Positions 18,349 through 28,519 of a stretch of 64,000 bases of DNA are shown here, piece after piece. The notes beneath the pieces are model-generated. The model worked only from the letters and a program-made list of their open reading frames with translations. It was not told the origin of the DNA and searched no databases. The number at the start of each line of letters is the position of its first letter. Within the stretch, counting starts at the first letter, position 1. Source of the stretch: Longimicrobiales bacterium. Lineage in GTDB: Bacteria > Gemmatimonadota > Gemmatimonadetes > Longimicrobiales > Gaopeijiaceae. The stretch covers positions 2,144,001 to 2,208,000 of the forward strand of contig OZ241892.1 of assembly GCA_965203485.1 (NCBI GenBank). Reading direction: 5' to 3'. The translations under genes and the position numbers were made by a program.

Positions 18349-19191
18349 TCAGCAACCGCCCCGGTGAAGGCTGGCGACGATGCGGCTGCGCTCCCCGTCG
18401 ATCTCGACGACGCGGTACCCAGCGCCCTCGTAGCCCCGGTGGTCCACGACGCTCAGCACTGTCGATCCGAATCGAAACAGGCCCATCCACGAGAAGTCTT
18501 CGAGCTGGATGCCGCGACCCTCGTCCGTCCGGCTCTCGATCCCCAAGCGGGCCGCAATCTCGTCCAGCCCGGCAACGTCGCTTGCCTGCAACACCTCGTC
18601 GGGCCGCTGGTTGACGCTGACGCCTTCCATCAAGCCGCCGCCGGCCGTTTCCGCCGAGTGGTCGGCGGCGCGCGGGTCCCGGATGCGCAACTTCCAAGCC
18701 GTCTCGCAATACGCCGGAAGCAACGCCAGCCCCACGACAAGGACCGCAACGGGCTCGGCGGACCGAACAGCGCGGACAAGCCCGTGTTCCGGAAATGCCA
18801 GCGACGGCGAGACGGAGTAGTGCAACCAGCGGGAAGGCGCGGCGATTCGAGGGGACCCGGGATCGCTCAGGTCGAGCGGGAGGGCGGCCGCCGGCGCGTG
18901 GCGATCTACCAGACCGGCCGAATCGACGGCGATCTCGATCGGCGGATCGTACATCGCATCCGGCCAAGCATTGCTCCAAACGCCCCCGTCCCGTCGCGCA
19001 ATGGGCATCAGCAATGCGGTACCCTCCGGCCCCTCTCCCTCTCGGACAAGCTCGACCGCGCCCACCCACAGCACATCGTCGTCCGCGTCCGCCTCGCCGG
19101 CCGACGGCGTCTCGCAGGCAAGCTGGAAGACCGACAGCGCGAGCGTTCCCAAAAGCGCGACCCGGGGCCGGAACAGCGGCCGAGGCCGCAT
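18349..19191 (-). CDS. Hypothetical lipoprotein
   Basis: Basic N-terminus, hydrophobic stretch and QLAC lipobox-like motif; paralogous to the abutting gene. Start could instead be 19227. Confidence 0.65.
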   Translation of the reverse strand: MRPRPLFRPRVALLGTLALSVFQLACETPSAGEADADDDVLWVGAVELVREGEGPEGTALLMPIARRDGGVWSNAWPDAMYDPPIEIAVDSAGLVDRHAPAAALPLDLSDPGSPRIAAPSRWLHYSVSPSLAFPEHGLVRAVRSAEPVAVLVVGLALLPAYCETAWKLRIRDPRAADHSAETAGGGLMEGVSVNQRPDEVLQASDVAGLDEIAARLGIESRTDEGRGIQLEDFSWMGLFRFGSTVLSVVDHRGYEGAGYRVVEIDGERSRIVASLHRGGC

Positions 19192-19370
19192 GGCGCGTCG
19201 ACGCCTTCTGTCGGGAGCGTGCGTCATCGGCCGGTTCTCTCGCTTGCCGTGCCGGGCCAAAACGGGCATTGTTGCGACGGCGGCCCGGCCAGCCCGTCGC
19301 CGGAGACGCCCGCCGTCAAGCTAGACGCGGCCGATTCGTCCTGCAAACCAAGTCCCTGGAGAATGCCAGC

Positions 19371-20843
19371 ATGAACCCGTTCGCCTTCGCCCCGCGCCCC
19401 ATCGCCACCGCGTTCTTGGCCGCCGCCATGGCCGTGTTGCCGCCGCTCGGCGCCGCCCACGCCCAGAACGGCCACGACGCCGTGGTCGCGCACGTCGAGG
19501 CCGGGGCCGCTCAGTACGCCGGAATCGCCCAGCAGATATGGGACTTGGCGGAGGTCGGGTACCAGGAAGTCGAGAGCAGCGCGCTGTTGCGGGGCGCGCT
19601 TGCCGAGTCGGGCTTCTCGATCGAGGAGGGCGTGGCGGGCATGCCGACGGCGTTCGTGGCCAGCTGGGGCGATGGGTCGCCCGTGGTCGGCATCCTGGCC
19701 GAGTACGACGCGTTGCCGGGGATCACCCAGGACCGCGCGCCGGAGCGGTCGCCGCGGCCGGAGATGGGGGCGGGACACGCCTGCGGGCACCATTTGTTCG
19801 GGGCGGGATCGGTGGCCGCCGCGCTCGCGGTGAAGGCGTGGCTCGAGGAGTCGGGGACGCCGGGCACGGTGCGGCTGTACGGAACGCCGGCCGAGGAGGG
19901 CGGCGCAGGCAAGGTGTACATGGTCCGGGCGGGCCTCTTCGGCGACGTGGACGCCGTCCTTCACTGGCATCCCGGCAGCGCGAACAGCGCCAGTCCTTCG
20001 TCGTCGCTGGCCAACAAGTCGGCCAAGTTCCGGTTCTACGGCGTTTCTGCTCACGCGGCGGGCGCGCCCGAGCAGGGGCGGTCCTCGCTGGACGGCGTCG
20101 AGGCCATGAACCACATGGTCAACATGCTGCGCGAGCACGTCCCCCAGGAGACGCGCATTCACTACGTGATCACGGCGGGCGGCCATGCGCCGAACGTCAT
20201 CCCCGATTTCGCCGAGGCGTTTTACTACGTGCGCAACCCCGATCCCGAGATGGTCAAGTCGCTGTTCGAGCGGGTCGTCGCGGCGGCCGAGGGCGCGGCG
20301 ATGGGCACCGGCACGCGCATGGAATACGAAGTGATCCATGGCCTGTTCGCGATGCTCCCCAACGAGACGGTGCAACGCAGGGCGCAGGCGAATCTGGAGC
20401 GCGTGGGCGGCGTGACGTACGACGAGACGGAGCGCGCGTTCGCCGAAGCGATCCACAAGACGTTGCGGGAGGACGCGCCGCCCCTTGAAGCCGCGGCCAC
20501 TGTGCGGCCGTACATGCCCCGCCCCGGCGGCGGCTCCACCGACGTGGCCGACGTGAGCTGGGTGGTCCCCACCGCCGGCATGAGCGCCGCGACATGGGTG
20601 CCGGGGACGCCCGCCCACTCGTGGCAGGCCATCGCCGCCGGAGGCATGTCGATCGGCAACAAGGGCATGGTCGTCGCGGCCAAGACGTTGGCGATGACCG
20701 CCGTGGACTTGTTCACCGACCCGGCGCTGCTGGCGGCCGCCGCCGCAGAGCACATGGAGCGCGTGGGCCCCGACTTCGAATACGTCTCGCTGGTGGGCGA
20801 CCGAGACCCGCCGCTGGACTACCGGAAGCCGGCGAATCGGTGA
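19371..20843 (+). CDS. Secreted M20 family amidohydrolase (AbgB-like)
   Basis: Signal peptide (AHA-Q); motifs LAEYDALPG, GHACGHHL, GTPAEEGG, WHP and GGSTDVADVSW. Confidence 0.88.
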   Translation: MNPFAFAPRPIATAFLAAAMAVLPPLGAAHAQNGHDAVVAHVEAGAAQYAGIAQQIWDLAEVGYQEVESSALLRGALAESGFSIEEGVAGMPTAFVASWGDGSPVVGILAEYDALPGITQDRAPERSPRPEMGAGHACGHHLFGAGSVAAALAVKAWLEESGTPGTVRLYGTPAEEGGAGKVYMVRAGLFGDVDAVLHWHPGSANSASPSSSLANKSAKFRFYGVSAHAAGAPEQGRSSLDGVEAMNHMVNMLREHVPQETRIHYVITAGGHAPNVIPDFAEAFYYVRNPDPEMVKSLFERVVAAAEGAAMGTGTRMEYEVIHGLFAMLPNETVQRRAQANLERVGGVTYDETERAFAEAIHKTLREDAPPLEAAATVRPYMPRPGGGSTDVADVSWVVPTAGMSAATWVPGTPAHSWQAIAAGGMSIGNKGMVVAAKTLAMTAVDLFTDPALLAAAAAEHMERVGPDFEYVSLVGDRDPPLDYRKPANR

Positions 20844-20974
20844 CGGACTTCGCGGATTGGCTCCCTACTCAGGCGTAGCAAGATAAACAACCTCTTGCTC
20901 CGTCGGCTGGATCGACGGCGCGAAACGATGCCTGCTCCCGGGAAGTCCGTCGGCGTAGCCGTGGCTACTGTCGT

Positions 20975-23900
20975 CTAGCGCCGAACGGCTCGGTCGCCCC
21001 CGATCGTCGGTTCGTGCACGAGACGACGGCGCCAGTCCGCCACGGTTTCGCGATTCAGTCCGACGGCTTCCGCCGCGACATCGTCCAGCGTGGCACGAAC
21101 GGGGCACTCGTCCATGCGGGGCCATGGCTCGAGCGGCTGGTGGCGCAATTCCTCGTAGGCCCTCGCCAGGGGCCGCCAACTTGTGGCCTGGGACGGGTCC
21201 GGACAGGGGAGCGAGTTCAGCTTGTTGGGCATGAAGTCGGAATAGTCCAGCGTGCGTCCTCGGCGGTGCAGAAATCCCAAGAGGCCGGGCGTCGAGTTCA
21301 GCCAAGCGCACCAAGCTTGCAGAACAAGAAGGGAACTGTCGGTCAGTCCCGGTCTCGGACTTGCCGGGGTCCACGCACTGCCAACGGCAGGAGAATCCAA
21401 GAGCACGGCCGTCACGTGGCCAACGGTCATCCTCAGCTTGTTGCCGACCAAGAGCCGGCTGGCCTTTTTCCATGCCCTTTCGGCTTCGCGTTGCTTGTCC
21501 GGCTTGGCACCGGTCGTGAATTCGTGTACTGAACGCATCGTTCTGCGTTCCTTCGTCCGGTGCCGCCAGAGAACGCGATAAGGGCCGTCGGAGGGATCGC
21601 CGAGCGGGTTGCGCATGTCGGATCGCACGTGCGCGGGTCCCACTTCGGCCAACGCTCCCAACGGCCGCAGTCCCGGCAATGCCGACATGGAATGGGCCGC
21701 CTCCGCGAGCACGCCGTCCATCCACTGGGACGCGGACCAGTCTCCCGCCTCGACCCGCTCTCGTGGCCACCTGCAGCAGGCGCCCCACTTGGACGCCAGC
21801 CTCCCCGACCGTATCTGTTCCGCCACTTCCACAGCTTCGTCGGCGGTCTCAGGCATGCGGCAAAGCGCCGCGAAGAGCGTATCGCGACGTTCCTTCTTCG
21901 GTCGGCGCCGGCACACCAACAAGCATTCATGAATGCTCGTAGCAGCGGAAAAGCTGCCGACATGGGAAGTGACGACGATCGAGACCTCGAAGCGGTCCGC
22001 CAAGAAGCGTCTTTCGCGGGCGCCGGTGGAACTGACGCTTGCCGCGAACGGCAACACCTTCGCCAACACGCCGCGATCCCTGCGCAACAGCGAATCGGCT
22101 AGCGGCGTGAAGAACGTCCTCAGCGTCTTCCTCGTGATGGCGTTGGCGGCTTCAGGATCATGCTGTCTCATCGTCTCGAGAATCCAGTCCTCCCGAGACC
22201 GCATCTTCCTCTGGCCTTCGACGCCGAACTTGGCGCTACTGCCCGTGTTGATCGAAAACGGCGGATTCATCAAGACGACGTCCATGTCGCGCAAGTCGAG
22301 ATCGCGTCCGGCGGCAACCTGCTCCGCACCGACGAAGTCCGCAGTGAGGGTCGCCGTGCTGGAAGCTGCCAAGAGGTCCGGGCGACGACGTGCGATCAGG
22401 TCGGGAATCAACTCAAGCGACCCGGATCGTGCCGAATAATCCCCCCCCCCCCCCCCCCCCCCCCCGTTTTCGTCTGCGGGCCCATGTTCCATGGCATGAA
22501 GGTGCATGGCCTTGTAGTCGACGGTGGGCGCTCCGAGCGTCAAGTTGGACGCCGCCAGCTGCAGAGCGTGCCAGTTGATGTCCAGCCCTCGGATGGACGA
22601 TTCGACGAGATGCTTGTGAGCCTCGTCGACATTGTCCTCGGTCAAGGCACGGCCCTTGATCGCACGTTCCTTAATCGTCTTCAAGGCGGCCATCAGCAAC
22701 GTGCCCGTGCCGCAAGCCGGATCGATGATTCTCAGCCCCGTCACAGAATTGACGTCCGACCAGTCGGCAATGTCGTCGTCCACCGCCAGCCGCGCCAACA
22801 AGACGGCCGACACGTTGTGCGTGTAGTACGCGCCATCGCTTTGGGCCGACGGCAATATGCGGTGGTAGAGCGGCCCGGCGTGATCGTAGCCCATCTCGCT
22901 GAGGGAATCGGCCACGGTGTCGGCGCAGTCCGCCAAGACGCTCACCGCCTCGTTGGCGTTGGGACCGGTCCGCAAGCTGACGAGAACCGCCAAGGCGGGA
23001 GCGAAGATCGGCGCGTAGTCCCGCTTGAGGATCTCCTCCCACGAGGGGATCAAGCCGTCCGCGGGCGCCTTTCGGCGAACAATGGCGTCGAGCGGCTCAA
23101 CGTCCGATATCTCGATCGCGTCCAGCAGTCGCTTGTGCATCAGAAGTGCGTTGCACAGGATCAGCGAAGCGATCTTGTACAGGTTCTTCGGTTGGATTCC
23201 ATGAAGCTTCAACGCCTCCGCCAATGCTCCCTCGCATTCGTCGCGGGCCAGAATCCCAGCCGCCGCGTTCACTGCCATCTCGATCCAGTCTGCGGTCACG
23301 CGGCCCCGTTGTCGGCCGCTGAGGCCGAACGCCGCAGAGATCTTGGCGTACACCTGCGAATCGAAGAGGAGCAACGGAAGCTGATCGTTCAGCTCGTGTC
23401 CGTTCGTCTCCCCGTCTGCCGAATCGTCCCGGGGCAGGGGCACGCTTGGCGGGTCGACGACCCGAACGAAGTGCGCAACGTTGTCCGCAAGCCGCTCGTC
23501 GTGCGACTGAAGGGCGCGGAGCACGTCTCCCACGACCTTGAAGCCGTCGCGGTCTGCGGCCAAGGCGTCGACGATGCTCTCGCCTTCCTGCAAGGCTATG
23601 GGGAGGATGATGTAGCCGAACCGCTTGCCTCTGCTCTTCCTCATGACGCGGCCCACCGCCTGGACGATGTCGATGTGGCTCTTGCGAGCGTCCAGGAACA
23701 CGACCGAGTCGAGCTGGGGCACGTCCACGCCTTCGGCGAACAGCTTGGCGTTGCACACCATCCGGCATTCGTAGGGGCTCGCCCCGCCATCTCGAAGAGC
23801 GCGAAGCCCACGGTTCCGCTTGAGGGCGCTGTCGCTACCGTCCAGGTGCTCCGCCACGACGTGCATTGCCGCCTGCGCGTCCTGTCCTCGATCCATCCGG

Positions 23901-25456
23901 ATCCGTCTCGTGGTTCGCTTTCGCAACTCGGGGTCGTTGATGGTCTCGGCGTACCACTTGGACCGGGCAATGGTGTTGGCGAACGCCAAGCTCCGGCCGA
24001 GGGGGCCTCGAGGCGCATCTTCCATATCGCCCTGGATGTGGCCGTTGATGGCCAGCGACACTCCCAGCAACCGCGTGGCGTCGCTCGGCGTCACGACCTT
24101 GTGATTGGCCTCAACCAGCCTGGCCAGCGAGGCCGTTACCCATTCGCTTCGCACACCCAGCACGATCACCCGGTAGTCCGACAGCATCCCGGCCTCGACT
24201 GCCTCCTTGAACTTGAGGCGATACAGCTGGCGGCCGAAGACCTTCGGGTCGCTCATGTCGTACACCCGGAACCGGCTGGTGGCGCCCAGCGTACCCCGTG
24301 CCTGCCGCGTCTTGAGGCGCTTGACCGAGGCCGGACTGTAGATGCGGGGCGTCGCCGTCATGTACAGCCGCTTTCTGCACTTCAGGGCGTCAGCTCGGTG
24401 GAAGTCCTGGAACGCCTTGTCCTTGTCGCCCTCCACGCCTACCGTCCGATGCGCTTCGTCGGCGACCGCCAAGTCGAACACCAAGTCCGGGGAAGTCTGT
24501 TGGGCCGCAATCACCTTGTTCAGGGACTGGTACGTGCTGAACACGGCTCTCACGCCGCCTCCGCCACGCAAGTGCTCCGCGATTCTCTCCGGGCTGGTCG
24601 CCACGGGGCATACGAGGTCGTCCAGCCCCGCCCTGTCGCTCTCGCCGCCACCGCCGGCGCCGGCATCCGAGCACACCACCAACGAGCGCAACGGCCTTTC
24701 GGTATGGGTCAGCCACGCCTTGCGGGCCTGCGAAACCAGGGCGATCGACGGAGCGGCGAACAGGACCCGTCCCGCGTCGGGCACCAGGCGCTCGGCAACC
24801 TTGAGCGACACGAAGGTCTTTCCAGTGCCGCAGGCCATGATCAGCTTGCCCCGGTCGTGTCGCTGGGTCTCGAGGCCGTCCACGACGGCTTCGACGGCTT
24901 CGAGACGCTTTCCGTCCAAGAAGAAGGGGGCCGAGGGCTTCGCGACCTCCAGAACTTCCCGGTCCGCATAGTCCATGAAGTCGATCCGATGAACCGGGAT
25001 CAGGAGCTTGCCCGCCACGGCCTGCTCCGCTCCTCTGCCCCACTTACAGGTGACTACCAACCAGCGCTTGGCGAACGGTTCGCGCGCCGACTCCGCCAGG
25101 AAGCCGTCTATGTCCTTCCGAGAGATCCGCCGATGCTCGGCGTAGAACTTGCATTGAACGGCCACCCATTCGCCTCCGTGGAGCCTGGCCACCAAGTCGA
25201 TGCCCATGTCCCGCCCGTCAAGACCGGTGAGCTCCTCGCGTTCGGGCCAGTCGCGCCACGTCCAAATGTTCTGGACCTCGAAGGTCGGCTCCTGGGTCAG
25301 AAATTGTCTTGCCAGCGTCTCGAACCACTTGCCCTTCTTGGCTTCGTTGCCGCTGTCGGCCCGGATGCGAGCGAGCGCTTCGCCCAACGTCTCGCTGGGA
25401 CGCAGGTCGAGCCGGGCTTGGCTCGATTCGCACGGCCCGTTAGGGTTGGATGCCAT
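20975..25456 (-). CDS. Single-polypeptide restriction-modification enzyme, Type ISP-like (nuclease-helicase-N6 MTase-TRD)
   Basis: Mrr-like GIDLVA...VQCK; SF2 helicase ACGTGKT, DEAH, TATPR and QAVGRVMR; MTase GAYYT, IIDPACGTG and NPPF; 1493 aa. Confidence 0.87.
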   Translation of the reverse strand: MASNPNGPCESSQARLDLRPSETLGEALARIRADSGNEAKKGKWFETLARQFLTQEPTFEVQNIWTWRDWPEREELTGLDGRDMGIDLVARLHGGEWVAVQCKFYAEHRRISRKDIDGFLAESAREPFAKRWLVVTCKWGRGAEQAVAGKLLIPVHRIDFMDYADREVLEVAKPSAPFFLDGKRLEAVEAVVDGLETQRHDRGKLIMACGTGKTFVSLKVAERLVPDAGRVLFAAPSIALVSQARKAWLTHTERPLRSLVVCSDAGAGGGGESDRAGLDDLVCPVATSPERIAEHLRGGGGVRAVFSTYQSLNKVIAAQQTSPDLVFDLAVADEAHRTVGVEGDKDKAFQDFHRADALKCRKRLYMTATPRIYSPASVKRLKTRQARGTLGATSRFRVYDMSDPKVFGRQLYRLKFKEAVEAGMLSDYRVIVLGVRSEWVTASLARLVEANHKVVTPSDATRLLGVSLAINGHIQGDMEDAPRGPLGRSLAFANTIARSKWYAETINDPELRKRTTRRIRMDRGQDAQAAMHVVAEHLDGSDSALKRNRGLRALRDGGASPYECRMVCNAKLFAEGVDVPQLDSVVFLDARKSHIDIVQAVGRVMRKSRGKRFGYIILPIALQEGESIVDALAADRDGFKVVGDVLRALQSHDERLADNVAHFVRVVDPPSVPLPRDDSADGETNGHELNDQLPLLLFDSQVYAKISAAFGLSGRQRGRVTADWIEMAVNAAAGILARDECEGALAEALKLHGIQPKNLYKIASLILCNALLMHKRLLDAIEISDVEPLDAIVRRKAPADGLIPSWEEILKRDYAPIFAPALAVLVSLRTGPNANEAVSVLADCADTVADSLSEMGYDHAGPLYHRILPSAQSDGAYYTHNVSAVLLARLAVDDDIADWSDVNSVTGLRIIDPACGTGTLLMAALKTIKERAIKGRALTEDNVDEAHKHLVESSIRGLDINWHALQLAASNLTLGAPTVDYKAMHLHAMEHGPADENGGGGGGGGDYSARSGSLELIPDLIARRRPDLLAASSTATLTADFVGAEQVAAGRDLDLRDMDVVLMNPPFSINTGSSAKFGVEGQRKMRSREDWILETMRQHDPEAANAITRKTLRTFFTPLADSLLRRDRGVLAKVLPFAASVSSTGARERRFLADRFEVSIVVTSHVGSFSAATSIHECLLVCRRRPKKERRDTLFAALCRMPETADEAVEVAEQIRSGRLASKWGACCRWPRERVEAGDWSASQWMDGVLAEAAHSMSALPGLRPLGALAEVGPAHVRSDMRNPLGDPSDGPYRVLWRHRTKERRTMRSVHEFTTGAKPDKQREAERAWKKASRLLVGNKLRMTVGHVTAVLLDSPAVGSAWTPASPRPGLTDSSLLVLQAWCAWLNSTPGLLGFLHRRGRTLDYSDFMPNKLNSLPCPDPSQATSWRPLARAYEELRHQPLEPWPRMDECPVRATLDDVAAEAVGLNRETVADWRRRLVHEPTIGGDRAVRR
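22441..22465. repeat. C25 homopolymer (G25 on the coding strand) inside the R-M gene
   Basis: Directly visible; encodes Gly8 in frame between the DPACGTG and NPPF motifs. Confidence 0.95.
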
Positions 25457-25739
25457 TGCCGTTGTTGAACGTCCCGCTCCTGCCGTCGCGGTCTTCGGTG
25501 CGCAACAAAGAATGCCCGAGAAACAACTCGGGATCAGCGCCGTCCGCGATCATGTCCATTGCTGCACGAAACGACACCGTGTAGACTCGGTAGCTGCCAT
25601 AGGGCAACTTGTCGAACCGGGTCACCGCGTCATCTGCGACCTGCGACGTCTTTCTGCGCGACACCTCGTCCAACGCCTCTTGGAGCGTGTCGTAGTACCG
25701 GTCTGGAAGCAACCGCGGCAGGATGTCGAAGCGGACCAT
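25440..25739 (-). CDS. Small hypothetical protein (99 aa) immediately upstream of the Type ISP-like gene
   Basis: GAGGG-type RBS before the ATG at 25739; globular-looking composition; overlaps the start of the R-M ORF. Confidence 0.55.
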   Translation of the reverse strand: MVRFDILPRLLPDRYYDTLQEALDEVSRRKTSQVADDAVTRFDKLPYGSYRVYTVSFRAAMDMIADGADPELFLGHSLLRTEDRDGRSGTFNNGNGIQP

Positions 25740-25832
25740 GCAACTTCCCTCGGAGCCCAGCCTAGCTAGCCCGCCCCAGCGCAACCCCGCGCCGACTCCG
25801 GCCTTACTGGTCACCTGTAGCCCAGATCGGCC

Positions 25833-28379
25833 CTACCCGCACTCCGAGAAGCCGCAGACGTAGCACTTCTTGCAACCCTCCTCGAAGGCCAGCTGGCTGG
25901 CGCCGCACGCGGGACAGGCGCCGAGCGCGGCGTCCGTGTGGTCCACGTAGCGGACAGGCCCGGCGGCGGGCGCGGCCCCGTCGGCCGTCGCGGCCTGCGC
26001 GCCTGCGGGAGCCGGCGAGACCGGCATCGGCAACTCGGACTGGACTCCCTCCTTCTCGGCCAGGTACTGCTCGATGGCCTGGGCCACGGCGTCCGGGGCG
26101 GAGAGCACCTTCTGGACGCCCACGCCCACGGCGCGGTCGCACGAGATGCCGCGGAGCTGGTCGCGCACCGCGGTGATGGGCACGCCCGAGCGAAGCGCGA
26201 GCGAAGCCAGCCGGCCGATCGCCTCGGAGTCGGCCATGGCCGCGCCGCCCGCCTTGCCGAGCGTGCAGAAGACCTCGAACGGCCGACCCGCGTCGTCTTC
26301 GTTGACGGTCACGTAGAGGTCGCCCAGCGGCGACTTCATCTTCACGGTGCGGCCCTTCAGGACGGCGGGGCGGAGGCGCTTGCGGCGCGGGGCGCCGGCC
26401 TGCTTGTCTCTTTCGTCCAGCGCGTTCTTGGCCTCCTCCAGCTCGCCTTCGAGTTCGTTGATGCGCGCCCGGGCGTCGGCAAGCTCCAGCCGGAGCGTCT
26501 CGGCGTCGCCCGGCTGCACGGCGTCCGCCGCGGCGCCTTGTCGGCCGGTCTTGCCGGTCGAGAGCACCTGCTGCGGCCTGGAGCCGTCGCGGTAGACGGT
26601 CACGCCCTTGCAACCCGATTCGAACGCCAGCTCGTATATCCGCCTCACGTCCTCGCGCGATGCGTCGCGGGCGAAGTTGGTGGTCTTGGAGATCGCCGAG
26701 TCCACGTGCTCCTGGAAAGCGGCCTGCACGCGCACGTGCCATTCCGGCGAGATGTCGTGCGAGGTCCGGAACACGTCCTGCGCTTCGGCCGGAACCTCGT
26801 CGAAGTGGATGTGGCCTTCTTCGGCGATCCTCGCCATCAGACCCTCCGAGTGCCACCCTTCCGCCTTGGCGCGGGCCAGGAAGTCCAGGTTCACGTCCGG
26901 CATCTGCACGCCCGCCTGGTTCCTCATGAACGCCACGGCGAACAGGGGCTCGATGCCGCCGCTGCACCCCGCGATGATGGAGATGGTGCCGGTGGGAGCA
27001 ACCGTCGTGAGGTTGCAGTTGCGGAGCCGCCGGCACGGTCGGACGCGCTCTCCGCCGACGCCGCGCGCGCACTCGTCGTCCGGCCCCCATATGGATTCGC
27101 GCCACGCCGGGAAGGGCTCGCGCGTCTCGGCCAGCCGCTCCGACGCCTTGAGCGACTCCTCCTGCAGGAAGGCCATCACCGTGCGCGCCAAGCCGACGCC
27201 CGCCTCGGAGTCGTAGCGCACGCCGAGCCGCACGAGCAGGTCGGCCCAGCCCATGACGCCCAGCCCGACCCGGCGAATCTTGTGGGCCAGATCGTGGATG
27301 TCGTCCAGCGGATAGCGGTTGGCGTCGATCACGTTGTCCAGGAAGTGCACCGACAGGTGCGTGGCCCGGCGGAGCTCGTCCCAGTCGATGCCGTCGACCG
27401 GATCGTCGAAGCTGCCCGGCTTGGCGAACGCGCCCACGTTGACGCTGGCGAGGTTGCAGACGTCGTAGGCGAGCAGCGGCTGCTCCCCGCAGGGGTTGGT
27501 GGCCTCGTAGGCGCCCAGCCGGGGCACCGGGTTGAACTCGTTGGCGCGGTCGACGAAGAAGACGCCGGGCTCGCCCGTCAGCCAAGCGCCGTCCACGATC
27601 ATGCCGAAGATCTCGCGGGCGTTCTCGCGGCCCACGACCTCTTGGTCGCGCGGGCTGACGAGATCGTACTCGGCGCCGTCCCGGACGGCCTGCATGAACG
27701 CATCGGTGACCGCGACCGAGATGTTGAAGTTCGTCACCTGGGACGTGTCGTTCTTGCAACGGACGAAGTCGCGGATGTCGGGGTGGTCCACCCTGAGGAT
27801 GCCCATGTTGGCGCCGCGCCGCGTGCCGCCCTGCTTGACGACCTCCGTGGAGGCGTCGTAGAGCTTCATGAACGAAACGGGCCCCGACGCCACGCCCATC
27901 GTCGAGCGCACAGGGTCGCCCTGGGGCCGCAGGCGGGAGAATGAAAAGCCGGTGCCGCCGCCCGACTGGTGCACGAGCGCCATGGCCCGGAGCGTGTCGT
28001 AGATGCCGCTCTGGTCGTTCGAGAGCGCGTCCTCCACCGGCAGCACGAAGCACGCGGAGAGCTGGGCCAGCGGCCGCCCGGCGTTCATCAGCGTGGGCGA
28101 GTTGGGCTCGAAGCGGCCCGTCGTCATGAGGTCGTAGAAGCTGCGGGCGAGTTCCTCGGCGGCCGCTTCCGACGCGCCGTACTTGCGGTCCTCGTCGGCG
28201 ATCACCCTCGCCACCCGCCAGAACATCGTCTCGGGTTCCTCGGTCGGCTCGCCCGACTCGTTCTTCTTCAGGTACCGGCGTGCCAGCACGACGCGGGCGT
28301 TGGGCGAGAGGTCGGCGGCCGGGAGGTCGTCGGGGACTTGGTCTGTGAAGATGGGGCGGGACGGGGACGTCGAGGGCAT
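25833..28379 (-). CDS. nrdJ: Vitamin B12-dependent (class II) ribonucleotide reductase
   Basis: PNSPTLMNAG, QLSACFV, GGGTG, RRGANMG, ATNPCGEQPL, CNLASVN, APTGTIS and KGVTVYRDGSR; C-terminal TSCPD-like and CPAC...CYVCGFSEC domains. Confidence 0.95.
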   Translation of the reverse strand: MPSTSPSRPIFTDQVPDDLPAADLSPNARVVLARRYLKKNESGEPTEEPETMFWRVARVIADEDRKYGASEAAAEELARSFYDLMTTGRFEPNSPTLMNAGRPLAQLSACFVLPVEDALSNDQSGIYDTLRAMALVHQSGGGTGFSFSRLRPQGDPVRSTMGVASGPVSFMKLYDASTEVVKQGGTRRGANMGILRVDHPDIRDFVRCKNDTSQVTNFNISVAVTDAFMQAVRDGAEYDLVSPRDQEVVGRENAREIFGMIVDGAWLTGEPGVFFVDRANEFNPVPRLGAYEATNPCGEQPLLAYDVCNLASVNVGAFAKPGSFDDPVDGIDWDELRRATHLSVHFLDNVIDANRYPLDDIHDLAHKIRRVGLGVMGWADLLVRLGVRYDSEAGVGLARTVMAFLQEESLKASERLAETREPFPAWRESIWGPDDECARGVGGERVRPCRRLRNCNLTTVAPTGTISIIAGCSGGIEPLFAVAFMRNQAGVQMPDVNLDFLARAKAEGWHSEGLMARIAEEGHIHFDEVPAEAQDVFRTSHDISPEWHVRVQAAFQEHVDSAISKTTNFARDASREDVRRIYELAFESGCKGVTVYRDGSRPQQVLSTGKTGRQGAAADAVQPGDAETLRLELADARARINELEGELEEAKNALDERDKQAGAPRRKRLRPAVLKGRTVKMKSPLGDLYVTVNEDDAGRPFEVFCTLGKAGGAAMADSEAIGRLASLALRSGVPITAVRDQLRGISCDRAVGVGVQKVLSAPDAVAQAIEQYLAEKEGVQSELPMPVSPAPAGAQAATADGAAPAAGPVRYVDHTDAALGACPACGASQLAFEEGCKKCYVCGFSECG

Positions 28380-28519
28380 GCCGGGCCTTGTGCGAGTATG
28401 CGGGGTATTTGCGTTTGGCGGGCGACGGAGAAGCGCGCCGCAAGGGCGGAGGAGGGAGACCTACGGCGGGCGGACGGGAAGCGGCGGGCGGCGGCGCTTG
28501 GCGGCATTCATGGGAGGAT

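Noticed and set aside
22160..25468. Long antisense ORFs (also 7805-10396, 28388-31750, 50455-55092 and others)
   Set aside because: Shadow ORFs expected opposite genes in high-GC DNA; no motifs.
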